Assembly (NCBI GenBank): GCA_035652275.1
Contig: DASREB010000162.1
Coordinates: 4,371 to 68,370, forward strand
Source: Burkholderiales bacterium
GTDB taxonomy: Bacteria > Pseudomonadota > Gammaproteobacteria > Burkholderiales > SG8-39
Length of the DNA: 64,000 nucleotides
Reading direction: 5' to 3'
The position numbers and the translations under genes are program-made. Positions within the stretch are counted from its first letter, which is position 1. Each line of letters begins with the position of its first letter. The notes beneath the pieces are model-generated. The model saw only the letters and a list, made by a program, of their open reading frames with translations. It was not told where the DNA came from and did no database searches. Shown here one piece after another: positions 9,872-18,855 of this stretch.

Positions 9872-9962
9872 GTGTTCTCCCTTTGTTTTGGTGTTACGCG
9901 CGCACGATAGCAGAGGGCGCGCCGCGCGCCCGCGGAACTTTCGCACGCGCTCCCTGGGTCTG

Positions 9963-11159
9963 CTAGGTGAAGGCCTGAATGCCGGTGATGGCGCGCCCGA
10001 GGATCAGCGCGTGGATGTCGTGCGTGCCCTCGTAAGTGTTCACCACCTCGAGATTCACGACGTGGCGGATGACGCCGAACTCGTCGGAGATGCCGTTGCC
10101 GCCGAGCATGTCACGGGCGCTGCGCGCGATGTCGAGCGCCTTGCCGCAGGAGTTGCGCTTCATGATCGAGGTGATCTCCACCGACGCGGTGCCTTCGTCC
10201 TTCATGCGGCCGAGGCGCAGCACGCCCTGCAGCCCGAGCGTGATTTCCGTCTGCATGTCCGCGAGCTTCTTCTGGATCAGCTGATTCGCCGCGAGCGGCC
10301 GCCCGAACTGCTTGCGCTCGAGCACATATTGCCGCGCGCGATGCCAGCAGTCCTCGGCCGCGCCGAGCGCTCCCCAGGCGATGCCGTAGCGCGCGGAGTT
10401 GAGGCAGGTGAACGGCCCCTTGAGGCCGCGTACCTCCGGAAAGAGGTTCTCCTCCGGGCAAAAGGCACCGTCCAGTACCACTTCACCGGTGATCGAGGTG
10501 CGCAGCCCCACCTTGCCGTGGATCTTCGGCGCCGACAGGCCCTTGGTGCCTTTCTCCAGCACGAAGCCGCGGATGTCGCCCGACTCGTCCTTCGCCCAGA
10601 CCACGAACACGTCGGCGATCGGCGAGTTCGAAATCCAGGTCTTGCTTCCGGTGAGCGCGTAGCCGCCGGTGACTTTCTTGGCGCGCGTCTGCATCGAGCC
10701 GGGATCGGAGCCGTGGTTCGGTTCGGTCAGGCCGAAGCAGCCGATCCATTCGCCGGTCGCAAGCTTCGGCAGATATTTCTTGCGCTGCGCCTCGGTGCCG
10801 AATTCGTAGATCGGCAGCATCACGAGCGAGGACTGCACGCTCATCATCGAGCGGTAGCCCGAGTCGACGCGCTCGATTTCGCGCGCGATCAGCCCGTAGC
10901 CGACGTAATTGAGCCCCGGGCCGCCGTAGTCGGCCGGGATGGTCGGCCCGAGCATGCCGAGCTGGCCCATCTCGCGGAAGATCGCCGGATCGGTGCTTTC
11001 GGCGCGGAACGCCTGCAGCACGCGCGGCGCGAGCTTGCCCTGGGCATAGGCGTGCGCCGCCTCGCGCACCATGCGCTCCTCCTGGGTGAGCTGCTGGTCG
11101 AGGAGCAGCGGATCGTCCCAGACGAACTCGGCTTTCGGTTTCTTGATCGGCGCGTTCAT
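9963..11159 (-). CDS. gcdH: Glutaryl-CoA dehydrogenase
   Basis: 398 aa acyl-CoA dehydrogenase. The N-terminal [22 protein letters not shown] and [17 protein letters not shown] are typical of GcdH. Confidence 0.9.
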   Translation of the reverse strand: MNAPIKKPKAEFVWDDPLLLDQQLTQEERMVREAAHAYAQGKLAPRVLQAFRAESTDPAIFREMGQLGMLGPTIPADYGGPGLNYVGYGLIAREIERVDSGYRSMMSVQSSLVMLPIYEFGTEAQRKKYLPKLATGEWIGCFGLTEPNHGSDPGSMQTRAKKVTGGYALTGSKTWISNSPIADVFVVWAKDESGDIRGFVLEKGTKGLSAPKIHGKVGLRTSITGEVVLDGAFCPEENLFPEVRGLKGPFTCLNSARYGIAWGALGAAEDCWHRARQYVLERKQFGRPLAANQLIQKKLADMQTEITLGLQGVLRLGRMKDEGTASVEITSIMKRNSCGKALDIARSARDMLGGNGISDEFGVIRHVVNLEVVNTYEGTHDIHALILGRAITGIQAFT

Positions 11160-12368
11160 CTACTCCCCCCGTTCGAGGATGACGGCAAGGCCCTGGCCCA
11201 CGCCGATACAGAGCGACACCGCCGCATAGCGCGCGCCCGACTGCTGCATCTCGCGCGCCACCGTGAGCGCGAGGCGCGCGCCCGAGGCGCCCAGCGGATG
11301 GCCGATGGCAATCGCGCCGCCATTGGGATTCACGCGCGGGTCCTTGAGGTCGAGCTTCATCAGCTTGAGGCAGCCGAGCACCTGGCTCGCGAACGCCTCG
11401 TTGATCTCGATCAGGTCCATCTCGTCGAGCTTCAGGCCCGCGCGCTCGAGCGCCCGCGGAATGGCGTACGCCGGTCCGACGCCCATGATGCGCGGCTCGA
11501 CGCCGGCGCTCGCAGCCGCGCGGATCCGCGCGAGCGGCTTGCGCCCCTTCTTTTCTCCCCAGCGTCGAGAACCGATGATCAGCGCCGCGGCACCGTCATT
11601 CACGCCGGACGCGTTGCCCGCGGTGACCACGCCGCCTTCGAAGAGCGGCTTCAGCTTGGCGAGCGCTTCCATCGTGCTGTCGCGCCGCGGATGTTCGTCC
11701 GCCTTCACCTGCTCGCCGGGCGCGTCCTTCTTCTTCGCCGGCAGCGTGACCGGCATGATTTCACCGGCGTAGAAGCCCTCTTTTTCGGCCGTGGCGTATT
11801 TCTGCTGCGAGCCGAGCGCGAAATCGTCGGACTGCTCGCGCGTGATGCCGAGGTCCTTCGCCACGTTGTCGCCGGTCTCCGGCATTGAATGGTTGCCGTA
11901 CTGCTTGATGAACCTGGAATTCGGGAAGCGCGTGCCGATGGTCGTGTCGTACAGCTTGGCGTCGCGCCCGTACGGTACCTCCGGCTTGCTCATCACATAG
12001 GGCGCGCGGCTCATGCTCTCGACACCGCCCGCGATGTAAAGGTCGCCCTCGCCGCAGGTAATCGCGCGCGAGGCGTCGACCACCGCCTGCAGCCCGCTTG
12101 CGCACAGGCGATTCACCGTGCACCCCGGTGTGCTGGGCGGCAGCCCGGCGAGCAGCGCGGCGAAGCGCGCGACGTTGCGGTTGTCCTCACCCGCCTGGTT
12201 GACGCAGCCGAGCACCACGTCGCTGATCTCCGCGGCGTCGATGTTGTTTCGCGCCACGACTTCCTTGATCACCTCGCCAGCCAGATCGTCGGGGCGCAGG
12301 CCGGCGAGCTTGCCAGCGTGGCGGCCGATCGGGCTCCTGAGGCCGTCGTAGATATAGGCGTCGAGCAT
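11160..12368 (-). CDS. Acetyl-CoA C-acyltransferase (3-oxoadipyl/3-ketoacyl-CoA thiolase)
   Basis: Start MLDAYIYDGLRSPIGRHAGKL (ATG 12368). Active-site NRLCASGLQA and C-terminal GLCIGVGQG. Its stop abuts the gcdH start. Confidence 0.9.
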   Translation of the reverse strand: MLDAYIYDGLRSPIGRHAGKLAGLRPDDLAGEVIKEVVARNNIDAAEISDVVLGCVNQAGEDNRNVARFAALLAGLPPSTPGCTVNRLCASGLQAVVDASRAITCGEGDLYIAGGVESMSRAPYVMSKPEVPYGRDAKLYDTTIGTRFPNSRFIKQYGNHSMPETGDNVAKDLGITREQSDDFALGSQQKYATAEKEGFYAGEIMPVTLPAKKKDAPGEQVKADEHPRRDSTMEALAKLKPLFEGGVVTAGNASGVNDGAAALIIGSRRWGEKKGRKPLARIRAAASAGVEPRIMGVGPAYAIPRALERAGLKLDEMDLIEINEAFASQVLGCLKLMKLDLKDPRVNPNGGAIAIGHPLGASGARLALTVAREMQQSGARYAAVSLCIGVGQGLAVILERGE

Positions 12369-12370
12369 CT

Positions 12371-13858
12371 TCAGTTCTCCGGTGTGAGCAGCGATGCGCC
12401 GAGCTCCGCTCGCCGGCGCAGCCACGGGCTTGGCCGGTAGCGCGGCTCCTGGTAGAGCTCGTGCATCGCTTGCAGGATGGCAAGAATTCGCTTCGGTCCG
12501 AGCGCGTCGCCCATCGCGAGCGGTCCTTTCGGATAGCCGAGGCCGAGCATCACGGCGCGGTCGAGGTCCTCGGGCGTGGCGATGCGCAGCTGCGCGATGT
12601 CGCAACCGACGTTGACGATGTGCGCCACCACGCGCTGTGCGACGAAGCCCGGCGAATCGTTGATCACCGAGACCGGCACGCCGTCGGCGGCGAGCAGCGC
12701 ATGGGCGGCGTCCCGGGTTTCTTTCCGCGTCAGCGGATTCACCATCAGCGTGCGCCGTTTCGTAAAACCGAACAGCGGATCGACGGCTACCGTGCGCGCG
12801 GGATCGAGACCCTGCTCGAGCGCGGCGGCGCTGGCGTCGAGGCCGAGCGGTGCGACGAAGCAGACGCTCGCGGGCGTGGGCTTGAGCTCGAGCCGCGCGC
12901 CGAGATCCAGCAGCAGTTCCTTGAGCTCGGGCACCGCCCAGACCGCCGCCGGCTTCGCTTGCGGTGCTGCTGGCTCCGGCGGCATCTGCAGCTCCGGTGC
13001 GTAGGTGTACCAGCCGCGCCCGCTCTTGCGCCCAAGCAGGCCGGCGGCGACCCGCGGCTCCGCGATGAAGGAGGGCTTGTACTTCGGCTCCTGGAAGTAC
13101 TGCTCGTACATCGACTTCATCACCGCGACGTTGACATCGAGCCCGACGAGATCCATCAGGCCGAAGGGCCCGAGGCGAAAGCCCGCGGCCTCAACCAGGA
13201 TGCGGTCGATGGTGGCGAAGTCGGCGATGCCTTCCGACAGGATGCGCAGCGCCTCGGGCACGAAGGCGCGGCCCGCGTGATTGACGACGAACCCCGGTGT
13301 GTCCTTGCAGCGGATCGGCGTGTGGCCGAAGCGCTTGGCAAGCGCGCCGAGCGCGTCGGTGACCCAGGGCTCGGTGAGCACGCCGTCGACCACCTCGACG
13401 ATCTTCATCACTGGCACCGGGTTGAAGAAGTGGTAGCCCGCGACCCGTCCCGGGCGCTTGCATCCCGCGGCCATCGCGGTGACGGAAAGCGATGAGGTGT
13501 TGCTCGCGAGGATGCAGTCGTCGGCGACGAGCGCTTCCAGCTCGGAGAAGAGCATGCGCTTGGCGTTCAGATCCTCGACGATCGCCTCGACCACCAGCTG
13601 GCAGGGCGCAAAGGCGCCCAGACCCGGCACCACCTCGAGGTGGCGAGTGACCGCTTGCGGATCTTTCAGCCGCCCCTTTTCCGCGAGCCGTGCGCACGCC
13701 TGCGCGATCGAGTCGAGTCCGCGCTGCGCGGCGCCGGGCTGCGCGTCGTAGAGCAGCGTGCGCACGCCGCATTGCGCGAGCACCTGCGCGATGCCACGGC
13801 CCATGGTGCCGGCGCCGGCAACGCCGGCAGTGAGATCGCTACGGGAGACATCAAGCAT
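12371..13858 (-). CDS. 3-hydroxyacyl-CoA dehydrogenase (long, PaaH-like with duplicated C-terminal domain)
   Basis: GVAGAGTMGRGIAQ NAD fold and FFNPVPVMK motif. 495 aa. Confidence 0.9.
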   Translation of the reverse strand: MLDVSRSDLTAGVAGAGTMGRGIAQVLAQCGVRTLLYDAQPGAAQRGLDSIAQACARLAEKGRLKDPQAVTRHLEVVPGLGAFAPCQLVVEAIVEDLNAKRMLFSELEALVADDCILASNTSSLSVTAMAAGCKRPGRVAGYHFFNPVPVMKIVEVVDGVLTEPWVTDALGALAKRFGHTPIRCKDTPGFVVNHAGRAFVPEALRILSEGIADFATIDRILVEAAGFRLGPFGLMDLVGLDVNVAVMKSMYEQYFQEPKYKPSFIAEPRVAAGLLGRKSGRGWYTYAPELQMPPEPAAPQAKPAAVWAVPELKELLLDLGARLELKPTPASVCFVAPLGLDASAAALEQGLDPARTVAVDPLFGFTKRRTLMVNPLTRKETRDAAHALLAADGVPVSVINDSPGFVAQRVVAHIVNVGCDIAQLRIATPEDLDRAVMLGLGYPKGPLAMGDALGPKRILAILQAMHELYQEPRYRPSPWLRRRAELGASLLTPEN

Positions 13859-13871
13859 GGAGGCGGGGCCG

Positions 13872-13900
13872 TTATTCTAGCCGCGCGCGCTCGCTATAAT
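13872..13900 (+). promoter_or_regulatory. Candidate sigma70 promoter for the bug-usp-coxL-like string
   Basis: TTATTC (13872-13877), 17-nt spacer, perfect TATAAT (13895-13900). AGGAGGAGG SD at 13911-13919 and ATG at 13920. Confidence 0.35.
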
Positions 13901-13919
13901 CGCCGGCCGGAGGAGGAGG

Positions 13920-14876
13920 ATGCGCGCAATCGCCCTGTTCGCGAGCATCGTGCTCGTGGCGCTCGCCGCGACGGCGGCGGCTCAGCCGTTTCCGACGAAG
14001 CCGCTGATCCTCATCTGTCCGTGGCCGGCCGGCGGCACCACCGATACGCACCTGCGCAAGTTCGCCGAAGTCGCAGCGAAGTATCTCGGCCAGCCGGTGC
14101 TCGTCGAGAACAAGCCCGGCGGCGGCGGCATGGTCGGCCCGGCGCAGATGGCGCGCCTCGCGCGGCCCGACGGCTACACCGTGTCACAGCTGCCGATCAC
14201 CGCGTTCCGGCTGCCGCACCAGCGCGCGGTGGACTGGGACGCGCTCAACGACTTCACCTACATCATCGGCATCACCGGCTACACGTTCGGCATCGTGGTG
14301 CGCGCGGACTCGTCGGTGAAAAACCTGCGGCAGCTGATCGACTATGCGCGCGCCAATCCCGGGCAGCTCGCCTACGCCACGCCGGGCGCGGGCACCTCGC
14401 CGCATCTCCTGATGGAGGAGCTCGCGCTCAAGGCCGGTGTGAAAGTGCTGCAGGTGCCCTACAAAGGCTTCGCCGAAGGCGCGCAAGCCCTCCTCGGCGG
14501 CCATGTGATGGCGCTCTCCGATTCGACCGGCTGGGGACGCTTTGTCGACGCCGGCCAGATGCGGCTCCTCGTGACCTTCGGCGAGAAGCGCAGCAAGTGG
14601 GACGCGCCGACGGCGCGCGAGCTCGGCTTCGATATCGTCGCGTACTCGCCGTATGGCATCGTCGGACCGAAGGGCATGGAGCGCCAGGTGGTGCGCATGC
14701 TGCACGATGCCTTCAAGAAGGCGCTCGACGATCCGGAGCACCTTAAGACGCTGGCGCAGCTCGACCAGGTGTACTGGTATCGCTCGAGCGAAGACTACGC
14801 GCGCTGGGCGGCCGAGACGCTCGCGGCCGAACGTGCGACCATAGAGCGCGTCGGGCTGCTCGGCAAGGGGAATTAG
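13920..14876 (+). CDS. Bug/TctC-family tripartite tricarboxylate transporter substrate-binding protein (orphan)
   Basis: Signal peptide, then FPTKPLILICPWPAGGTTDT...ENKPGGGG, typical of the Bug family. No tctA/tctB genes adjacent. Confidence 0.9.
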   Translation: MRAIALFASIVLVALAATAAAQPFPTKPLILICPWPAGGTTDTHLRKFAEVAAKYLGQPVLVENKPGGGGMVGPAQMARLARPDGYTVSQLPITAFRLPHQRAVDWDALNDFTYIIGITGYTFGIVVRADSSVKNLRQLIDYARANPGQLAYATPGAGTSPHLLMEELALKAGVKVLQVPYKGFAEGAQALLGGHVMALSDSTGWGRFVDAGQMRLLVTFGEKRSKWDAPTARELGFDIVAYSPYGIVGPKGMERQVVRMLHDAFKKALDDPEHLKTLAQLDQVYWYRSSEDYARWAAETLAAERATIERVGLLGKGN

Positions 14877-14891
14877 AATGGGAGGACGCCC

Positions 14892-15332
14892 ATGAAGTAC
14901 CGCAAGATCCTGCTCGCGTACAACGGTTCCCGCGAAGGAAAGCGCGCGCTTCTGGAAATCGCAGATCTCGCGAGCTTCCTCGGCGCGGAGACGCACCTCC
15001 TCGCGGTGGCGAGCATGCCGCCGAGCCTCTTTCTCACCGAGGGCTTCGTGCCCGAGGAGCTGCTGGAAGAGGAGAAGAAGCGCACCCAGGCGATCCTCGA
15101 CGAAGGCATCCGCGCGCTGCGCGAGCGCGGCTTCAACGCCACCGGGCAGCTCGCCGTCGGCGAGCCCGTCGAAGAGATCTGCCGCTGCGCCAAGAGCCTC
15201 GGCGTCGACCTGATCGTCGTCGGCCATAATCAGCACACCTCGTTCGCCGCGCGCTGGTGGAAAGGCTCGGTGGGCGCCACTCTTCTCGACTACGCACCCT
15301 GCAGCATTCTCATCGCGCTCTCTAGGACGTAA
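14892..15332 (+). CDS. Universal stress protein (UspA family)
   Basis: KILLAYNGS...DLIVVGHNQH...GSVGATLLDYAPCSILI. Confidence 0.85.
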   Translation: MKYRKILLAYNGSREGKRALLEIADLASFLGAETHLLAVASMPPSLFLTEGFVPEELLEEEKKRTQAILDEGIRALRERGFNATGQLAVGEPVEEICRCAKSLGVDLIVVGHNQHTSFAARWWKGSVGATLLDYAPCSILIALSRT

Positions 15333-17606
15333 ATGCTCAAAGGCAGGCTGGAAGACGACCGGATGCTCACCGGTCGGGGGAAGTATGTTTCCGATTGGAA
15401 CCTGCCGGGCCAGGCCTATGGCTATTTCCTGCGCTCGGATCGCGCGCATGCCGACATCGTATCGCTCGATGCCGCTGCGGCGCTGGCGCATCCCGGCGTG
15501 ATCGCCGTGATCACCGGCGAAGACATTCGCGCCGCGCTGAAGTCGCTGCCGTGCGCGCTGCCGGTGAAGGGCCGCGGCGGCATGGAGCTGATCCATCCCG
15601 GGCGGCCGGCGCTCGCGCAGGGGCGCGTGCGCTTCACGGGCGAGCCGGTCGCGCTCATCGTCGCGGAAAGCGCCGCGGCTGCCGCCGATGCGGCCGAACT
15701 CATCGACATCGAATATCGCGACCGGCCCGCGGTCGTCGGCAAAGAGCAGGCGGTCGCACCTGGTGCACCGCTCGTCCACGACAGCGTGCCGGGCAACATC
15801 GTGATGGACTACGAGTCGGGCGACGACGCCGGCTCCAAAGCCGCGTTTGCCAAGGCGGCGCGAACCATTGAGCTCGAGGTCGATATCTCGCGCGTCGTCG
15901 GCAATCCGATGGAGCCGCGCGCCTGCCTCGCGCACTGGGACGCGCGCGCGGAGAGCTACCACCTTTATACCTGCACGCAGGGCGCGCCGATCATGCGCAA
16001 CCAGCTCTCGGCGGTGCTCGGCGTGCCGCCGGAAAAAATCCGCGTCATCGCCGAGGAGGTCGGCGGTGGCTTTGGCGTGCGCTTCAACCTCTACCCCGAG
16101 TACTGCGCGGCGCTTTTCGCGGCAAAGAAGCTCGGGCGACCGGTGAAATGGACCGGCACGCGCAGCGAGGTGTTTCTCGCCGATGAGCAGGCGCGCGGCG
16201 TGCGCTCGCGCGGCGCGCTGGCCGTAGACTCGCAGGGAAAAATCCTGGGCATGCGCTTCGACATGCTCGCGGATCTCGGCGCCTATCTCGCGCCAACCGG
16301 GCCGTTCATCAACACGATCGGCATCGTCAACTGCCTCTCCGGCGTCTACGACGTCCCGGCGGCCTACGCGCGCATTCGCCTGGCGCTCACCAACACCGCG
16401 CCAATGGCCGCTTATCGCGGCGCCGGTCGGCCGATCATGTCCTACGCGCTCGAGCGCCTGGTCGAGCACGCCGCGCAGCAGCTCGGCATGGATGCGGCCG
16501 AGTTTCGGCGACGCAACTTCATCCGCAAATTTCCGTACAGGATCGCGGCCGGCTTCGAGTACGACTCGGGTGACTTCGAGGGCGTGATGAACAAGGCGCT
16601 CGCTGCCGCCGATTGGCGCGGCTTCGCTGCACGCAAAGCCGAAAGCCAGCGCCGCGGCAAGCTCCGCGGCCGTGGCATGTCGACCTACATCGAGGCGACC
16701 GGCGCGGGCTTCGCGCCGCAGGACGAGATCGAGCTGCGCTGGGGCGGCGAAGGCGAGCTCACGATTTACGCGCCGACGCACAACCACGGGCAGGGGCACG
16801 AGACGACCTACGCGCAGCTCGTCTCCGGCGTGCTCGGCATCCCGATCGAGAAAGTGCGGCTGCGCACCGCGGGGCCGGAGTTCTATCTCACCGGCAATGC
16901 GACCGGCGGCTCGCGCTCGCTGCTCGCGGTCGGCGGCGTGATCTACCTCGGCGCCCAGGAGCTGGTGAAGAAAGGTCTCGCGCTCGCCGCGGACGAGCTC
17001 GAGGCGGCGCAGGCCGATATCGAATTCACGGCCGGCGAATATCGCATCAAGGGCACGGACCGGCGCATTTCCATCCAGCAGCTGGCAGCGAAGCATTCCG
17101 GCGCCATGGATCTCGCGTACGCCAACAAGTTCGGCGCGTGCTTTCCGAACGGCTGCCACATCGCGGAAGTGGAGATCGCGCCCGAGACGGGCGAAGCGCA
17201 GATCGTCTCCTACGTCGCCTGCGACGACGCCGGCAACATCGTCAACCACCAGATCGTCGAGGGACAGGTGCAGGGCGGCATCGCGCAGGGCGCAGGCCAG
17301 GCGTTTACCGAGCTCGCCGTGTACGACGAGGCAGGGCAGCTCCTGACGGGCAGCTTTATGGACTATGCGATGCCGCGGCCCGGCGAGGTGGCGGGCCTCA
17401 AGCTCCTCGAGCATCCCGTGCCGACCAAGTTGAACCCGCTCGGCGCGAAAGGCGTGGGCGAAGCGGGCGTTACCGGCTCGCTGCCGGCGTTGATGAATGC
17501 GGTCGTCGATGCCTTGCGACAGGCGGGCGTGGCGCATTTCGAGATGCCGGCAACGCCGCGCCGGCTATGGGAGGCCCTCCAGGCGGCGCATCGCAAGGCC
17601 GCCTAG
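15333..17606 (+). CDS. Molybdopterin-binding large subunit of xanthine dehydrogenase/CO-dehydrogenase family (form-II CoxL-like)
   Basis: 757 aa. ATG directly follows the usp TAA. Form-II type active-site loop AYRGAGRP. No small (2Fe-2S) or medium (FAD) subunit genes nearby. Confidence 0.85.
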   Translation: MLKGRLEDDRMLTGRGKYVSDWNLPGQAYGYFLRSDRAHADIVSLDAAAALAHPGVIAVITGEDIRAALKSLPCALPVKGRGGMELIHPGRPALAQGRVRFTGEPVALIVAESAAAAADAAELIDIEYRDRPAVVGKEQAVAPGAPLVHDSVPGNIVMDYESGDDAGSKAAFAKAARTIELEVDISRVVGNPMEPRACLAHWDARAESYHLYTCTQGAPIMRNQLSAVLGVPPEKIRVIAEEVGGGFGVRFNLYPEYCAALFAAKKLGRPVKWTGTRSEVFLADEQARGVRSRGALAVDSQGKILGMRFDMLADLGAYLAPTGPFINTIGIVNCLSGVYDVPAAYARIRLALTNTAPMAAYRGAGRPIMSYALERLVEHAAQQLGMDAAEFRRRNFIRKFPYRIAAGFEYDSGDFEGVMNKALAAADWRGFAARKAESQRRGKLRGRGMSTYIEATGAGFAPQDEIELRWGGEGELTIYAPTHNHGQGHETTYAQLVSGVLGIPIEKVRLRTAGPEFYLTGNATGGSRSLLAVGGVIYLGAQELVKKGLALAADELEAAQADIEFTAGEYRIKGTDRRISIQQLAAKHSGAMDLAYANKFGACFPNGCHIAEVEIAPETGEAQIVSYVACDDAGNIVNHQIVEGQVQGGIAQGAGQAFTELAVYDEAGQLLTGSFMDYAMPRPGEVAGLKLLEHPVPTKLNPLGAKGVGEAGVTGSLPALMNAVVDALRQAGVAHFEMPATPRRLWEALQAAHRKAA

Positions 17607-17627
17607 AAGCCCGCAACATCGCCGTCC

Positions 17628-18614
17628 ATGGATCTGCGCCAGGCGTGGCGGCTTGCCCAGAGCGCGGTGCGCGCGTGGGCCGACGACTATGCGCCGAGCA
17701 TGGGCGCAGCGCTGTCGTACTACGCGCTCTTCTCGATTGCGCCGCTCCTCCTCATCGTCATCGGCGTCGCCGGGTATTTCTTCGGCGACGAGGCGGCGCG
17801 CGGCGAGATCTACGGCCAGCTTGCCGGCCTGATCGGCGCCGACGGCGCACACGCCGTGCAGGGACTCGTGGCGGCGGCCCGCAAGCCGCAAAGCGGCGTG
17901 CTCGCGATGGTCGTCGGCACGGCGCTCCTCATCGGCGGCGCCACCACCGTCTTCGGCGAGCTGCAGAACGCGCTCGATCGCATCTGGCGCGCACCGGCGC
18001 GCGAGAAGGCGAAAGGCTGGTGGACGCTGCTCCGGACGCGCGTGCTGTCGTTCGGCATGGTCCTCGGCATCGCGTTCCTGCTGATGGTGTCGTTGGTCCT
18101 TTCCGCCGCCATCGCAGCGCTCGGCCGCTGGTGGGGCTTGCACCTGATCGACATCGCCTTGAGCTTCGGCCTGACCACGCTCCTTTTCGCCATGATCTAC
18201 AAGATCATGCCGCGCGTGCGCATCGCCTGGCGCGATGTCTGGGTGGGCGCAGCGGTCACCGCGGCGCTCTTCGCCATCGGCAAATGGGCGATCGGCCTCT
18301 ACATCGGCAGGTCGAGCGTCGCCTCGGCCTTCGGCGCCGCCGGCTCGCTCGTCATAGTGATGGTGTGGGTTTACTACTCGGCGCAGATCTTTCTGCTGGG
18401 CGCCGAGTTCACACGCGTCTACGCCGCCGAGCAGGGCTCGCGGGCCGCACCGGCAATTGGCACGCCGACGGCGGGCGCGATCCGCGTGCGCTCGGCGGCG
18501 AATGCGCCGGTCATCGAGCCGGCGCGCCCGGGACGTGCATTCGCCAGGCTGGGCGCGGCCCTTGCTCTCGGAGTCGGTGCGAGCATCGGCGTCAAGTTCT
18601 GGCGGCGGCGCTAA
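17628..18614 (+). CDS. YihY/BrkB-family membrane protein
   Basis: GAALSYYALFSIAPLLLIVIG, multiple TM helices and C-terminal WVYYSAQIFLLGAEF motif. Confidence 0.85.
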   Translation: MDLRQAWRLAQSAVRAWADDYAPSMGAALSYYALFSIAPLLLIVIGVAGYFFGDEAARGEIYGQLAGLIGADGAHAVQGLVAAARKPQSGVLAMVVGTALLIGGATTVFGELQNALDRIWRAPAREKAKGWWTLLRTRVLSFGMVLGIAFLLMVSLVLSAAIAALGRWWGLHLIDIALSFGLTTLLFAMIYKIMPRVRIAWRDVWVGAAVTAALFAIGKWAIGLYIGRSSVASAFGAAGSLVIVMVWVYYSAQIFLLGAEFTRVYAAEQGSRAAPAIGTPTAGAIRVRSAANAPVIEPARPGRAFARLGAALALGVGASIGVKFWRRR

Positions 18615-18627
18615 ACTAGGAGTGCTC

Positions 18628-18813
18628 ATGAGACACGACGACGATCCGCTGCCGCGCAGGCCTTCGAGCTGGAGCGCGGCCATTGCGCAACTGCCCGGTT
18701 TTCCCGAGGAAGCGAAACCCAAGCTGCCGCCGATCGCCGATGGCAAGGCGCGCGCGGTTTCCTCGGGCATGTCCGACGAGGACGAGGCCGCCGAGCCCGC
18801 GCCGCGAACGTAA
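18628..18813 (+). CDS. Hypothetical small acidic/Pro-rich protein (61 aa)
   Basis: AGGAG SD 5 nt upstream of ATG 18628. No family recognised; could be non-coding. Confidence 0.3.
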   Translation: MRHDDDPLPRRPSSWSAAIAQLPGFPEEAKPKLPPIADGKARAVSSGMSDEDEAAEPAPRT

Positions 18814-18855
18814 TACCATTGGAGGAATTCGGGCTCCGTCCCCGGATTCCTCTCC

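Noticed and set aside
9795-11888. 697-aa plus-strand ORF opposite gcdH and the thiolase
   Set aside because: Same high-GC antisense artefact. The sense-strand products are unambiguous.
14184-17537. 1117-aa ORF on the minus strand spanning the Bug, USP and CoxL-like genes
   Set aside because: It lies antisense to three genes with clear family signatures. Its translation is Arg/Ala/Gly/His-rich low-information sequence, typical of stop-codon-poor antisense frames in high-GC DNA. No motif was recognised.
18615-18855. Cobalamin or SAM riboswitch upstream of the MetE-like gene
   Set aside because: The untranslated space is too short, about 40 nt after the small ORF, and lacks the conserved B12-box or SAM-I features I know. 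Only a simple hairpin is present, reported separately.
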